Below are positions 27,180 through 39,019 of a stretch of 64,000 nucleotides of DNA, piece by piece. Location of the stretch: assembly GCA_951406725.2 (NCBI GenBank), contig OX597822.1, positions 36,766,001 through 36,830,000 of the forward strand, in the 5' to 3' direction. A program made the position numbers and the translations under genes. Source of the stretch: Octopus vulgaris (Eukaryota). Numbering within the stretch: position 1 is the stretch's first letter; every line of letters begins with the position of its first letter. The notes under the pieces are model-generated. The model saw only the letters and a program-made list of their open reading frames with translations. It did no database searches and had not been told where the DNA came from.

Positions 27180-27209
27180 ATGATTAGTCAACGTACCTTC
27201 TTTCTGATG
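27180..27209 (+). CDS. Exon 1 (coding part) of secreted single laminin-G-domain protein; MISQRTFFLM
   Basis: ATG at 27180, 10 codons, then donor GTAATG at 27210 (phase 0). Joined to exon 2 it gives the signal peptide MISQRTFFLMVTIFVATEA. Being short, it is less certain than the other exons. Confidence 0.7.
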
Positions 27210-27452
27210 GTAATGATTTTTTAACAAATCCTTAATGGGTAGTATAATAGCCGCTGGATGATTAGAATAGATATATCTACACTTGTTGTGACGGCTACTC
27301 ATTGGGTGGTGGAAAACAGCATGCAAAAAAAATCCTGGAGATGGTGAAGTAGCTGGAAGTTGTCCAAATCATTGGGAACTTCACTATACAGCTGATAAAG
27401 AACTGTTTTGCAGTGCATGTTGCACGTGAAAATTATACATATACATATATAC

Positions 27453-27513
<61 letters not shown>

Positions 27514-27913
27514 TTTATTTATATAATTTATTTCTAAATGCTGTATTTGTTTTCCGTGAAAGTTTGGCGCGCTGTTGGTTGGGGCATTTGAATTATAACG
27601 TCGGATGTAATCAATTGAACCACACGCGTATTTATCGTTATGGTAAAATCTGGCGTGTGATTGAGTGGATTTCATCCAGATAGTCTTGGCTGACGAGCTA
27701 CAAATGGATTTTTTGTAAGTAAAATTACATTTAATTCATTAATAGCGAAACAATTGTCCCAAAATAATCTGTATTTTTGTTATTTTTTATTTGCCCTGTC
27801 CGTGTGAGCTAACAATCGTACTGACTTTCATGGGAAACATGTATTTTCGTGGTTGAAACCTTTTGGATTAACTGGTGCTAGAGTGAGCAATATAGTGACC
27901 ACTCTCTTGTATT

Positions 27914-27972
<59 letters not shown>

Positions 27973-28040
27973 TATATATATATATGTGTGTGTGTGTGTG
28001 TATCTATATATATGTATATATATGCATGAACATATATGTG

Positions 28041-28118
<78 letters not shown>

Positions 28119-28140
28119 ATGTTACATTACTCGGTAGTCA

Positions 28141-28203
28141 AGATAAAACTCTGAGTTTCAGATGCCGAAGTGGAAATCCACAACACCATCTCTTCGGTTA
28201 TCT
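28141..28203 (-). ncRNA. Inverted copy of the 28689-28751 hammerhead-like motif
   Basis: Exact reverse complement, within the left arm of the fold-back element. Confidence 0.7.
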
Positions 28204-28688
28204 GGCTATTTGAAAACGTTATGAAAAAATACCGTTAAAAATTAAGGGAAATTACTCTGTTATAACTCTGCTTTGCCTGCGTACTTATACATACAATGGA
28301 AGATTTTGGCCAGATGTAAGCCCTATACTAACGGCAGCGGAAGGTGCGGTTTATGCGACATGGAGAGATGGCTTATCTGGAAAAGCAGCTTAGACCCTAC
28401 CACATGTCTAAATACAAGGACAGAGCTTTTCGGATCATGCCCACATGTGACTAAATTTCTGTTACGTTTTTGGTCCCCTAAAGAAAACGGATAGAACATG
28501 CTTTCTGTGTTATGTCCCAAGAAGATTTTATATATTTTTATATATTTTTATATATTTTTATGTATTTTTATATAATTTTTATGACGAAAAATGCGAGCGA
28601 TGTATAAGTACGCAGGCAAAGCAGAGTTATAACAGAGTAATTTCCCTTCATTTTTAACGGTATTTTTTCATAACGTTTTCAAATAGCC

Positions 28689-28751
28689 AGATAACCGAAG
28701 AGATGGTGTTGTGGATTTCCACTTCGGCATCTGAAACTCAGAGTTTTATCT
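28689..28751 (+). ncRNA. Hammerhead-like motif with CCGA core variant
   Basis: AGATAA-CCGAAGA-GATG...CATC-T-GAAA-CTC(a)GAG-T-T-TTATCT. An identical copy lies on the minus strand at 28141-28203. Confidence 0.7.
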
Positions 28752-28847
28752 TGACTACCGAGTAATGTAACATATTGTATAGATAAATTTCCTCTATTTA
28801 CATAATATTGAGGTCTCTTTCTTTCTTTTGTTATCTTACCGTTTTAT

Positions 28848-28931
<84 letters not shown>

Positions 28932-28972
28932 ATACATGTGTGTGTATATATATGTGTGTGTGTGTTGAATAA

Positions 28973-29655
28973 ATTGGAGTCAAGAAGAAGGAGTACGATG
29001 GGCATTTATTTACTATTCCCTACAATTGTTTCAACGCAACGTAGTTCTCCAAGAATACATGTATTTGATTATGCAACTGTTTGTTTGCTTAATGAGATCT
29101 CGTTGTGTTTCCTCAGACGATATACAAGTGTTGTCGCCGTTAGTTTAAAATCGTTGACTTCTCTGTTCGTTGTGGTTTGAATTTGGTAGTGGCTGGTTGA
29201 CCCTTGGTGTTTGCCGCGAGAGCGCGTTTGTCGGAGTCCGACAAACTCGCTCTCGGAGGCCAACAAACGCGCTCTCACAGCAAACACCAGCCGCTACTAA
29301 ATTCAAACCACAATGAACAGAGAAGGTGGTCTTGAAGTCGACGATTTTAAACTAACGAAGACAACACTCGTATATCGTCTGAGGAAACACAGCTAGATCT
29401 CATTAAACAAACTGCTGCATAATCAAATACATGTAGTCTTGGAGAACTACGTTACATCGAAACAACTGTAGCGAATAATAAACAAATGTCCATCGTACTC
29501 CTTCTTCTTGAGTCCAATATCTTCTATTTTACATTCAGACACAACGAATGCCCAAACTTAAACTTGGAAGTATATAATAATACTACCGAGTAATTCTGAA
29601 GTTGGACGACCTTTATACTGTACCTTACCACGTTCCTAACGGAATATAACATAAC
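28973..29655. mobile_element. About 550-bp imperfect palindrome (fold-back element) plus tail
   Basis: 28973-29235 is the reverse complement of about 29255-29518; lies between microsatellites. Confidence 0.8.
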
Positions 29656-29797
29656 TATATATATATATATATGTGTGTGTGTATGTATGTATGTATGTAT
29701 GTATGTATGTATGTATGTATGTATGTATGTATGTATGTATGTATGTATGGTGTAATTTAGTTTTTCATTTTGAATTGATAAAAGGTGGGGTTTTTTC

Positions 29798-29876
<79 letters not shown>

Positions 29877-29878
<2 letters not shown>

Positions 29879-30057
29879 AAAAGCAGCAGAAATATAACAA
29901 AAGCTGTTAGTCAGAGTTTCACTGTCCGACGAACGGGAACGTGAAACTCTGAGTAACAGCTTTTGTTATATTTTGCTGCTTTTAAATAAAGCATATTACT
30001 CTACCTCTGGTATTTGAGTACTCTTTTTTCCACCTTGTTTCACATTTATGTGCTTAC
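29877..30057 (+). mobile_element. Mini fold-back PLE-like unit with hammerhead
   Basis: About 45-bp inverted arms (29877-29922 / 29941-29986) plus tail, in (TA)n. Confidence 0.8.
29922..29959 (+). ncRNA. Minimal type I hammerhead motif, CCGA variant
   Basis: CTGT-CCGACGA-ACG(ggaa)CGT-GAAA-CTC(t)GAG-T-A-ACAG. GNRA loop in stem II; GUA site. Confidence 0.8.
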
Positions 30058-30114
30058 ATATATATATTATTTACTATTTATTGTATAATATATGTTTATA
30101 TATTCTGTTATTAG

Positions 30115-30206
30115 GTTACCATATTTGTGGCAACAGAGGCCTGTTTCGTGATGAATGGTGAGGATTCCTGGTTATATTTCAACTCTACAGTCAAAGGTGG
30201 AGATGT
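30115..30206 (+). CDS. Exon 2 of secreted LamG-domain protein; VTIFVATEACFVMNGEDSWLYFNSTVKGGD(V)
   Basis: Acceptor ttctgttattAG, donor GTAAGT, 92 nt (phase 0 to phase 2), open frame. F-x-x-x-G-x-x-S-W-L resembles a LamG first strand. Confidence 0.85.
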
Positions 30207-31021
30207 GTAAGTTTGGCTAAATTAAAATGTTTTGATTATCAATTTTCTGTCTCCCATTTGTATTTAAGTTAATTATTACCTTGTTTCACATAACAACTTA
30301 TCATTGTCACAATCATCACCACTACCACTGTCATTTTCATCCTCATCGTCATCATCCATCTTTACACTCTGAGTACAAATTCCACCGAGATCAACTTTGC
30401 CTTTCATCCTTTCAGGGTCAATTAAATAAGTACCAGTTGAGCACAGGAGTTCATTTAATTAACTTGGCCCCTCCTTCAAGCCTGCTGGCTTTGTGCCAAA
30501 ATTTTAAACCAATATTAGATCCAAGAACTGAGATACAATGAAAATGAAAGTGAAAGTATGAGTAGATGTGGGAGGGGGACTTAAAAAGGAATATTTTAGC
30601 ATGAGTTGATGACAAAGGAAAGGGAACACAGCTGAATTTTGACCAAAATGTAGTAGAATATTGATAAGATAGTTTCTTTACCTAAATGCACTCCAGAAGT
30701 TCTATATATAATAACACAACACTAGTGTAGCAAAGCAAAAGTGTGTGTTGGTTCTACTATTCATATACTGAACAGTTTTCTTCTGTAATTTTAATCTAAA
30801 GTGTAGATTCAATATATTTTGCTCATTTATAAAATATAGTAAAAATATATAACCTAATAGGTACAAGAGTGGCTGTGTGGTAAGAAGCTTGCTTCCCAGC
30901 CACATGGTTCCGGATTCAGTCCCACTTCATGGCACCTTAGGCAAGTGTCTTCTACTATAGCCTCAGGCTGAGCAAAACCTTGCGAGTGGATTTGCTAGAC
31001 AGAAACTGAAAGAAACCCATC

Positions 31022-31052
<31 letters not shown>

Positions 31053-31054
31053 TG

Positions 31055-31523
31055 TATTCAAATTAAAATCCAGAAAATGGAGAAGTAGTGTTAACATAAT
31101 TTATTAACTGCAAAAAATCAACATGTCCACTTACAGCTGTTTCGATTTTGCCCAAAGAATTAAATTCCATGGTTTATACCAATATTAGTAATTAAATGAG
31201 ATTCAGTCTGTTGAGATACCTAACGATATGCCTTTTTTACTCCTCTGACGAGCTTTTGCTAATAAAATGTTTTAATTACTGAAATTTAATTCTTGTGGGT
31301 AAATCGAAACAGCTGTAAGTTGAATTTTTGCAGTTAATAAATTATATTAACGCTACTTCTCTATATTCCGGATTTTAATTTGAATATTTATAAACCAAGA
31401 TTTATATTTAAACCTATTTTTCTATGAATATTACTATTAACAAAATAATAGGTAACAAACCAGTAATTCATTAAATATTTTCTCTTCCTTAAGGTGTTTT
31501 TTTTTTCAACCTCTATTTAAATT

Positions 31524-31525
<2 letters not shown>
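31055..31525 (+). mobile_element. Fold-back PLE-like unit inserted in the microsatellite of a SINE
   Basis: Arms at about 31055-31167 / 31281-31386; hammerhead motif; splits the SINE at 30859-31830. Confidence 0.75.
31241..31320 (+). ncRNA. Hammerhead motif with long stem II insertion
   Basis: CTGACGA at 31245, GAAA at 31306, palindromic ACAGCTGT stem III, GUA site. Stem I is weak. Confidence 0.55.
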
Positions 31526-31577
<52 letters not shown>

Positions 31578-32074
31578 TGTATGTATGTATGTATGTATGT
31601 ATGTATGTGCGTGTGCGTCTGTGTTTGTTCCCCTGTCATCGTTTGACAACTGATGCTGATGTGTTTACGTCCCCGTAAACATACCACTTCGGGTCAAAGA
31701 GACCAATGGAATGAGTACTGGGCATACAAAGAATAAGTCCTGGGATCGATTTCTTTATCTAAAACCCTTTAAGGCGGTGATCCAGCATGGCCACAGCCAA
31801 ATGATTGAAACAAGTAAAAGATTAAAAGAATAGTAAATATATAAAACATAGCAAGTGTAGTAACTGAGGAGATTGAATTCCCTGAGCAAAACAATTTTCA
31901 CATTTATTCTGTTCATTACAGCCAATTTCAATGCTTATAATATATCAGCTGTATATCAAAACAACTGGTATACTACAAATATACTATGATACACCATCGA
32001 TATACTACTAATATACCACAATATACTACTGATATACTATTGATATACAACTAATAGACGTGTTTTTATTACAG

Positions 32075-32282
32075 TGCTCACTACAAGTTGAAGTTTGCTA
32101 GTAAAAAAGACAATGGTTTGATATTTTATGCCCAAGGAGAAAACAGAGATTTTGAGGCCCTGTTTTTGAACAGAGGAAAACTAACATATTTCTTGTTTAA
32201 TCCCACTGATTATGGAACTGGCTCGACCTATGGAGTATATATTGAATGTACTAAGAAGATATCAAAAAATTATGAACATGAC
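32075..32282 (+). CDS. Exon 3 of secreted LamG-domain protein; AHYKLKFASKKDNGLIFYAQGENRDFEALFLNRGKLTYFLFNPTDYGTGSTYGVYIECTKKISKNYEHD
   Basis: Acceptor tttttattacAG, donor GTAAGT, 208 nt (phase 2 to 0). LamG signature F-x-S/T-x3-NGLIFY...DF-x-AL-x-L-x2-G-x-L. Confidence 0.92.
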
Positions 32283-32549
32283 GTAAGTTAAAATTATTTA
32301 TTCTCAACTTCAGCTCAGCAAAAACTATATGTATATACATATATATACATATACATGTACATGTATATGTATATGTATATACATATATATACATATACAT
32401 GTACATGTATATGTTTACAATATATATGTATTGTGTGTATATATATAATATCTGTACATCACCTCCAAACCTTCTAATATATATATGTGTGTGTGTGCGT
32501 GTGTGTGTGTGTGTGTGTGCGCGCGCGCGCGTGTGTGTGTGTGCGTGTG

Positions 32550-32853
32550 TGAAGGCGCAATGCCCAGTGGTTAGGGCAGCGGACTCGCAGTCAGAGGATC
32601 GCGGTTTCGATTCCCGGACCGGGCGTTGTGTGTGTTTATTGAGCGAAAACACCTAAAGCTCCACGAGGCTCCGGCAGGGGGGGGGGGTGCCGACCCCTGT
32701 TGTACTCTTTCGTCCCAACTTTCTCTCACTCTTTCTTCCTGTTTCTTGAGTAACGCTGCGATGGACTGGCATCTCGTCCCGCTGGGGGGAACGCATATGC
32801 CATAGAAACCGAGAAACCGGGCCCATGAGCCTGGCTAGGCTTGAAAAGAACGC
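32550..32853 (+). mobile_element. SINE family A
   Basis: Near-identical to the 23551 copy. Confidence 0.88.
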
Positions 32854-32860
32854 ATAAATA

Positions 32861-32932
<72 letters not shown>

Positions 32933-32937
<5 letters not shown>

Positions 32938-34202
32938 CAATATTACCTGGCATTGCCCGGGTGTTATGACCTACAAGCCCATTGAATTATTTGCTCCTTT
33001 CTTATGGACAGAATCAGCACAGCTGATATATAGTTAATGGAATAATGGAAGTTATTTTTTATTTAATAGTGAAGGGCGAGGTTACAATTTGCATGGGTTT
33101 GCATGAAAATACTTTCTGTTCTTAAGAAGGATCAGAAACTATGCATTGTTCCATCATATAAAAGCTAATTAATACGATTTTGTCCAGAAATCACGATTTC
33201 AGAATTTTAATTTCCCTCTAATTTGTAAGTTTTTTCAATCTCTTTTTTTTTTTTGTTACCTACATATAAAAATACAGATTATGAATCTGGGAAATATATA
33301 TATATTTTTTTATAGTTTAATTTTCCTGAAAGAAACACTCAATGACCCTTCCACCACCTCGCCCGCCCATTACCTACCAGCTTTCAAAAAGCTAAAATCT
33401 CCCAATTTTTCACTTTTGTCTGATGTTTCCTGCATGCATAGACTTCTAGTGAAATAGTAGACTTAAAAAATACCAGACCACCACCAGAAAAACCGACATG
33501 CTAGAAGCAATAGGTAAACGACATTATCTCTGAAGAAACTACCCTGCTTTCCAAAAAGCTAAAAGTAAAACGTTGAAAGTTGTGAGATGATGGATAAAAT
33601 TCTTAAAGATTCATACTCTCTGTTTTTTCTCCATGGGTTACCAAGAATAAAAATTTGAAAAAAGTAAAAAATAAATTTGGTATGGAGAGGGAGAAAATGA
33701 AAATATTGAGAACGTGTTTTGTGAATGAAATCCTAATCTCCTGTATCGCAAACATAGGAATCGGAAGAAATTTTGGAAAAAAATAAGTGGGGCATACTAG
33801 AAAGAAGAAGCAAACTACAGGAATTCTGGGAAAACTTCCTTTTAAGTTTATATCAAAGATCAGGTTTTTAAATACGCTCATCAGAAATACAAATTGGGTT
33901 TCAGCTGTAAATTTGCATATGCACACTGCAAGAATTAACATAATTCACACAGAAGTTTTATCTAGAGTGTATGTATACATGTGTGTGTATCAAAGGAAGT
34001 TATTTTATGGCATTCTTTCATTTGAAGAAGCAAAGTTGTCAACGTGACATGTATGGGATCATATGATTGTTAATTTCCGTAAAATTGTTTTAATTTCTGT
34101 ATTTGAAGATAACAGAAATTGAAAGAGAGGATAAAGTGAAAAGGCGACATTTGCCTTGAAGTGAGAAGAGAAAGTGTAAGATGTACATGTATATGAAATG
34201 GA

Positions 34203-34255
<53 letters not shown>

Positions 34256-34309
34256 GTATCGTGTGTGTTGTGATGTATGAAACTTTTTGCATGTATGTGC
34301 AAGTGGCAC

Positions 34310-34397
<88 letters not shown>

Positions 34398-34534
34398 TAT
34401 CTGTCATGAACAAGTACATAAATAGACGGAGGTTAAGAATACGCACACCACCCATTTCAGCGTAACTCTAACCGTAAACACCAGGAGTGCATATTTTTGA
34501 CCTTCACCCATAAATACATATACATACATCTTTT

Positions 34535-34580
<46 letters not shown>

Positions 34581-34890
34581 CATTTCCCCATAACAAATAG
34601 AAAAATCGATGTCTTTTAATACAATTTTTTTTGGGTTATGGCTTCTTTTAATACAATGTTTATGTGTACATTTTCATAAATGTTTGTCTGCGTAGAATTC
34701 TACGAATGTGTGAAACATCAAACGAAAGTGAGACATGAGAAGCAAATCAAAATATTGTTCGAAAATGAACTCAATATTGTGTGACCCAATGTCGTTGCCA
34801 AGGTTATTTTATTTGTAAGAAAGAGTTGTTGAGTCAAAAACGGGGTTTTTTTTTTGGTAGATAGATAATAAGCAGTTTTCTTTATTATAA
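32933..34890 (+). mobile_element. Possible non-autonomous Helitron/Helentron-like element
   Basis: Starts ACTAG..CCTGGCATTGCCCGGG (subterminal hairpin), has internal microsatellites and ends near CTTTATTATAATA. Boundaries uncertain. Confidence 0.3.
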
Positions 34891-35354
34891 TACACGTGTG
34901 ACTAATTCAGAGAAACATTACTTTCATTATTCACACATCGTCACTCTTGTAATGCAACACTTTGCAATTTTGGTTCAAATTGAAAGTGTGAAACTATTTT
35001 CATTTTCTAATGAAACCTGGTCGTTGTAAAGAAGTGTATTTGAAATAACTATAGCTGGTAATTGAGATAACGTAGAAAATATGTAAATGACATATATAAT
35101 TGATTTGATTGTTCTGGAAGGTAGCAAGCTGGCAGAATCGTTAGCCTGCCAGGCAAAATGCTTGAGCAGTATTTCACCTGTTCAAATTCCGCTGGGGACA
35201 ACCTTGCCTCTCATCCTTTTGGTGTCAATAAATTAAGTACCAGTGAGACACTGGGGTCAATGAAATCGACTGGTCCCCTCCCATGAAATTTCAGGCCTTG
35301 TGCCTATAATAGAAAGGATTTGATTGTTCTGATCTTAACATCAGTTGGTAAGAA

Positions 35355-37255
35355 TAGAAGTCATTTGACGACACCCTTTTGTTTGTAATTGGCTATCCTC
35401 ATACGAACTCTTTTTTACTCCACTGACAGTTGATGGAGTCTATTTTTTGTACATTTTCAGTGTTTATTATGTGTCCAAAGATTACACCAGATGCATTTTA
35501 TGGAATTTCTACCTACGCCTTTTCTACAGATTGAGCAAGGCCATCTATTTGAAGGGATTTGTGATTTGTCTGCCATCCTACTTACTAAGATTTTGGTTTT
35601 TGCTAGGTAAACTCTAAGGCTTTCCGATGCTAAACCTTACTTCCATACCTGGAACTTCTTCTCTAGTTTAGCTATAAGAACAATATTATCAGCATGGAGG
35701 AGCTCCCAGGGGAACCTGTCTTAAATTCCTCTGTTATTGCCTGGAGGACTATGATGAACAAGAAGGGGCTGAGGACTGATCCTTGGTGAACCCCTACTTG
35801 TACTCTGAATTCTTTGCTGTATTCGTTGCCAATCATCACCTTATTGGTAGCTTCCCTGTATAAAGCTTGTACAACTCTCACCAACTACTTGTCTATCCCT
35901 AGTTTCTGCATTGCCCACCAGATAAGTGATCTGGGGACCCTGTCAAAGGCTTTCTCCAAGTCAACAAAAGTCAAATACAGAGGTTTATCTTTTGCTATGT
36001 ATTTCTCCTGCAGCTGCCTTACCAGAAATATAGCATCGATAGTGTTTCTCCCTGGCACAATAACAAACTGCATCTCATCTAGACTAACTCTCTCCCTAAT
36101 TAGTTGGGCTATGACCCTCTCAATACCTTTCATCATCTGATCCAACAATTTGATACCTCTGTAATTATTTCTATCTGAGGCATCACCTTTACCTTTGTAG
36201 CAGGTGTGCTGCTACACCAGTCGTTGGCTATGACTCCTTTGTGAACCATCTTATTTGCAATACAGGTGACTAGACCATAACCCACACTGCCAGATATTTT
36301 AAGCCTCTCAGCAGTGATTCCTGATGAGCACGAGGCTCTCATGTCTTGAATTGCTTTATCTACCAAGGTACTGTTGAATTGGATAGCTGGTCTCTCAACT
36401 GGCAGATTCTCCTCCTCCCATTCATTCTCCACATCCAGCAGTCTTTCATAATGGCATTTCTAAGCTTCTTTCTTTGCAGAGTCATTAAAAGCAAGTGCAT
36501 CATCATCCATGCGGACACATTTCTTTCCTATGACATCGCAATTTTCTTTCACACACTGTCTTGCAATTCAAAACACTTCAAGTCTTTAGTCCTCATATCA
36601 TTAAACATAAGCAAGCTCCTTTTTTGCTTCCCCCTTGGGTAGATATACCTGTCTCCTAGCACAGTCATCTGACTGGTAGATTATTAGATGGCTAGCTGGC
36701 TTCCTGAAGTTAGTGTTGCAAATCAATAAGTTATTTGCATTATAGAACTCCAGTAGCCTTGTTCTCTCTTTGTTTCGGGAATCAATTCCATGGCACCCAT
36801 GTACACCATGGAAGATACTAGGCTACCATCCAACATGCTCATTGAAATCCCCAGCTATTGTTACTCATCTTTGATGTAGCCTGTGGAAGTATATTGTAAA
36901 AGTGGTCCTTCTGTTCATTTGGAAGGCCCACTTGTAGGGCATAGGCTGAGATAATTGCCGTTATACTATTCTGCAAGACTTGAGCTTGAGTACTCTATCA
37001 CATACTCTGACTACCACTATGACCTTATCCACGCATTTCTCTGCAAGAAGTATGCCCACAACACCTACCCCATCACTGTTACCTTTCCATAAGATTTTAT
37101 ACCTATGTCTTGCCTGTGAGGAACCTGGCTGAAGCTCCTCTCCACCTTACCTCTTGGATGCAACATACATCAACATGCCTCCGTTCAAGCATCTCAACAA
37201 TCTCACTAGACCTATCTTTCAATGCCCCTTCATTGACAGTGCCAACACTGAAAAC
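35355..37255 (-). mobile_element. RTE-clade LINE (APE endonuclease + RT), decayed
   Basis: VGTVN...VDVCCIQEVRW (APE); TIDAIFLVRQLQEKY, FVDLEKAFDRVPR and GVHQGSVLSP (RT). Confidence 0.92.
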
Positions 37256-39019
37256 TGGGAAAGGGGTGTGAGAGGGAACATAGGAAGTAAAAATGGTGTT
37301 CAGCACCTGAAAAGAAGGTTTCAATGATTGTTTGATAACAGACATATCACATCAGTTGTTCTCACTTTAGCCTACCATCATTCAAACATGTTAAAATTGT
37401 TGCCCCTATTGGGGAGGATGCTGCTGCAAATATAAGTGGTATTGCTGCAAACATAAATAGGTCAATATTTAAATTAAGTAAATTGGTTAGTCCTTTATTT
37501 CTATAAGGAGAAAGTGGTAGGTGGTTTATTAATTAATTTACTAAGTAACACATCTCCTTTTGATACATGCAGTAGTGTAGATGATTGGTGGTGGGTGGGA
37601 AGGTATGCATGTCTTCTGGTACAGAAGCAAGGTAGATCCCTGCAGGGGTTTCTGGTATAGGTGGAGGGGGCGGGAGGGGGTGGGTGCATTGCGGACAAGC
37701 AATGACCAGCTTCGCCTGTGGATTGTATTTTCTGAGAATTCACCTTTTCTTTGTATTGCACAGATTACACTTTTTGTTTCCAATGTTCCAGGGTTGAGAT
37801 CTTTCAATAAATTTCCATTTTATTTTGTGGTCTAAGTGTGATCTTTTAGCTTCCACATATAGTTTGCTAATTTTGTTGTGTTCATTTTGGCTGTGTGATT
37901 AAAGGAAGGTGTATGGTTATAAAATTTATTCTTAAAATTTCCTTCTATCATTCATATACACCACTTTCTCATAAATTATTGCTACGGTGTTATATGATTT
38001 ATCCAATGGGCATGAAATTGGATTCTTAAATGAGCATGTGTTTGTTGGTTGGGATATGAGATATTGTTTTCTAGTATATGATGAAACTGTAACTTATTTT
38101 CAGGCTGTATCACTAAGTTTCTTATACTTGTGTCTGGCAGGGAAGTAGTTGTTTATTTGAGTTAGAAAGGCTCTACCACCCAATTAATTTGTCCCAAAAT
38201 TTTGAAAACAAAACAAACTAGGTCGTTGATGATGAGTCACTTCTGTTATATGAGCTATGTACCATGACAAAGAAAGATTATTCATCACTCACTCTCTTTC
38301 TCTCTCTTATCAACAAGCATGTAGCTTCCATTATTGTTACTCTCTCATTACACACTACAATTACTGTCTCTGCCTCCCATTACCCTTCCCCAATACTGTT
38401 TCTCATTCCATCTAGCAAAGTCTCTCCAATCTCTCCCACTTCTTCCACATTGTCACTGCAATCACTCTGTCCTCCTTTCATCACTCTCTTCTCTATTGGC
38501 CACATTGCTCTGAATAAATGGAGACAATGTGAAGTAGTGAAAACTCTTATTTGCTTCACAACCTCACTAGTGCTTGTTCTATGATAACATGCATTCAGTA
38601 TACTCACTAAAGTGGTCAACAAATGAGCAGCAGAGACAATATAAGATCAAGAAGACCATTTACTTTACAAGACAACCACAAGTATAGGAAACTTTGCAAC
38701 ACATCCTGAAAATAAGTTACAGTTGCATCATGAATATGAAAACTATATCACATATCCCAGCCAGCAAAACAAAATGTTTTCTCTTGTTAAGGACATGACA
38801 ACCTCTCTAATGCTGGTGCCACAATAAAATACATTTTATTGTGGCACAAACACTCAAGAGATTGTCATGTTCTCACCTACACTCCGTAAAATGTCTGATG
38901 TTGCAAAGGACATCCAACCACTGAAACTATGTCAAAAATTAAATGTAAAAGCAAAGCATGGTCATCTGATCCGCCCAGGAAAGCAATAATTCTGGATAAG
39001 AACTCAGTGTGTGTGTGTT

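Larger units (their letters stand above)
28113..28850 (+). mobile_element. Fold-back Penelope-like element: about 180-bp inverted arms around a GIY-YIG C-terminal fragment
   Basis: Arms 28113-28292 and 28600-28780 are near-identical. Insert QWKILARCKPY...CGLCDMER...LNTRTELFGSCPH; (TA)n flanks. Confidence 0.9.
30859..31830 (+). mobile_element. SINE family B split by fold-back insertion
   Basis: 5' half 30859-31022; 3' half 31610-31830. Confidence 0.85.

Noticed and set aside
27704-27714. Alternative first exon ATGGATTTTTT|GTAAGT
   Set aside because: Phase 2 donor; splicing to exon 2 goes out of frame to a stop. It could only be a non-coding or minor exon.
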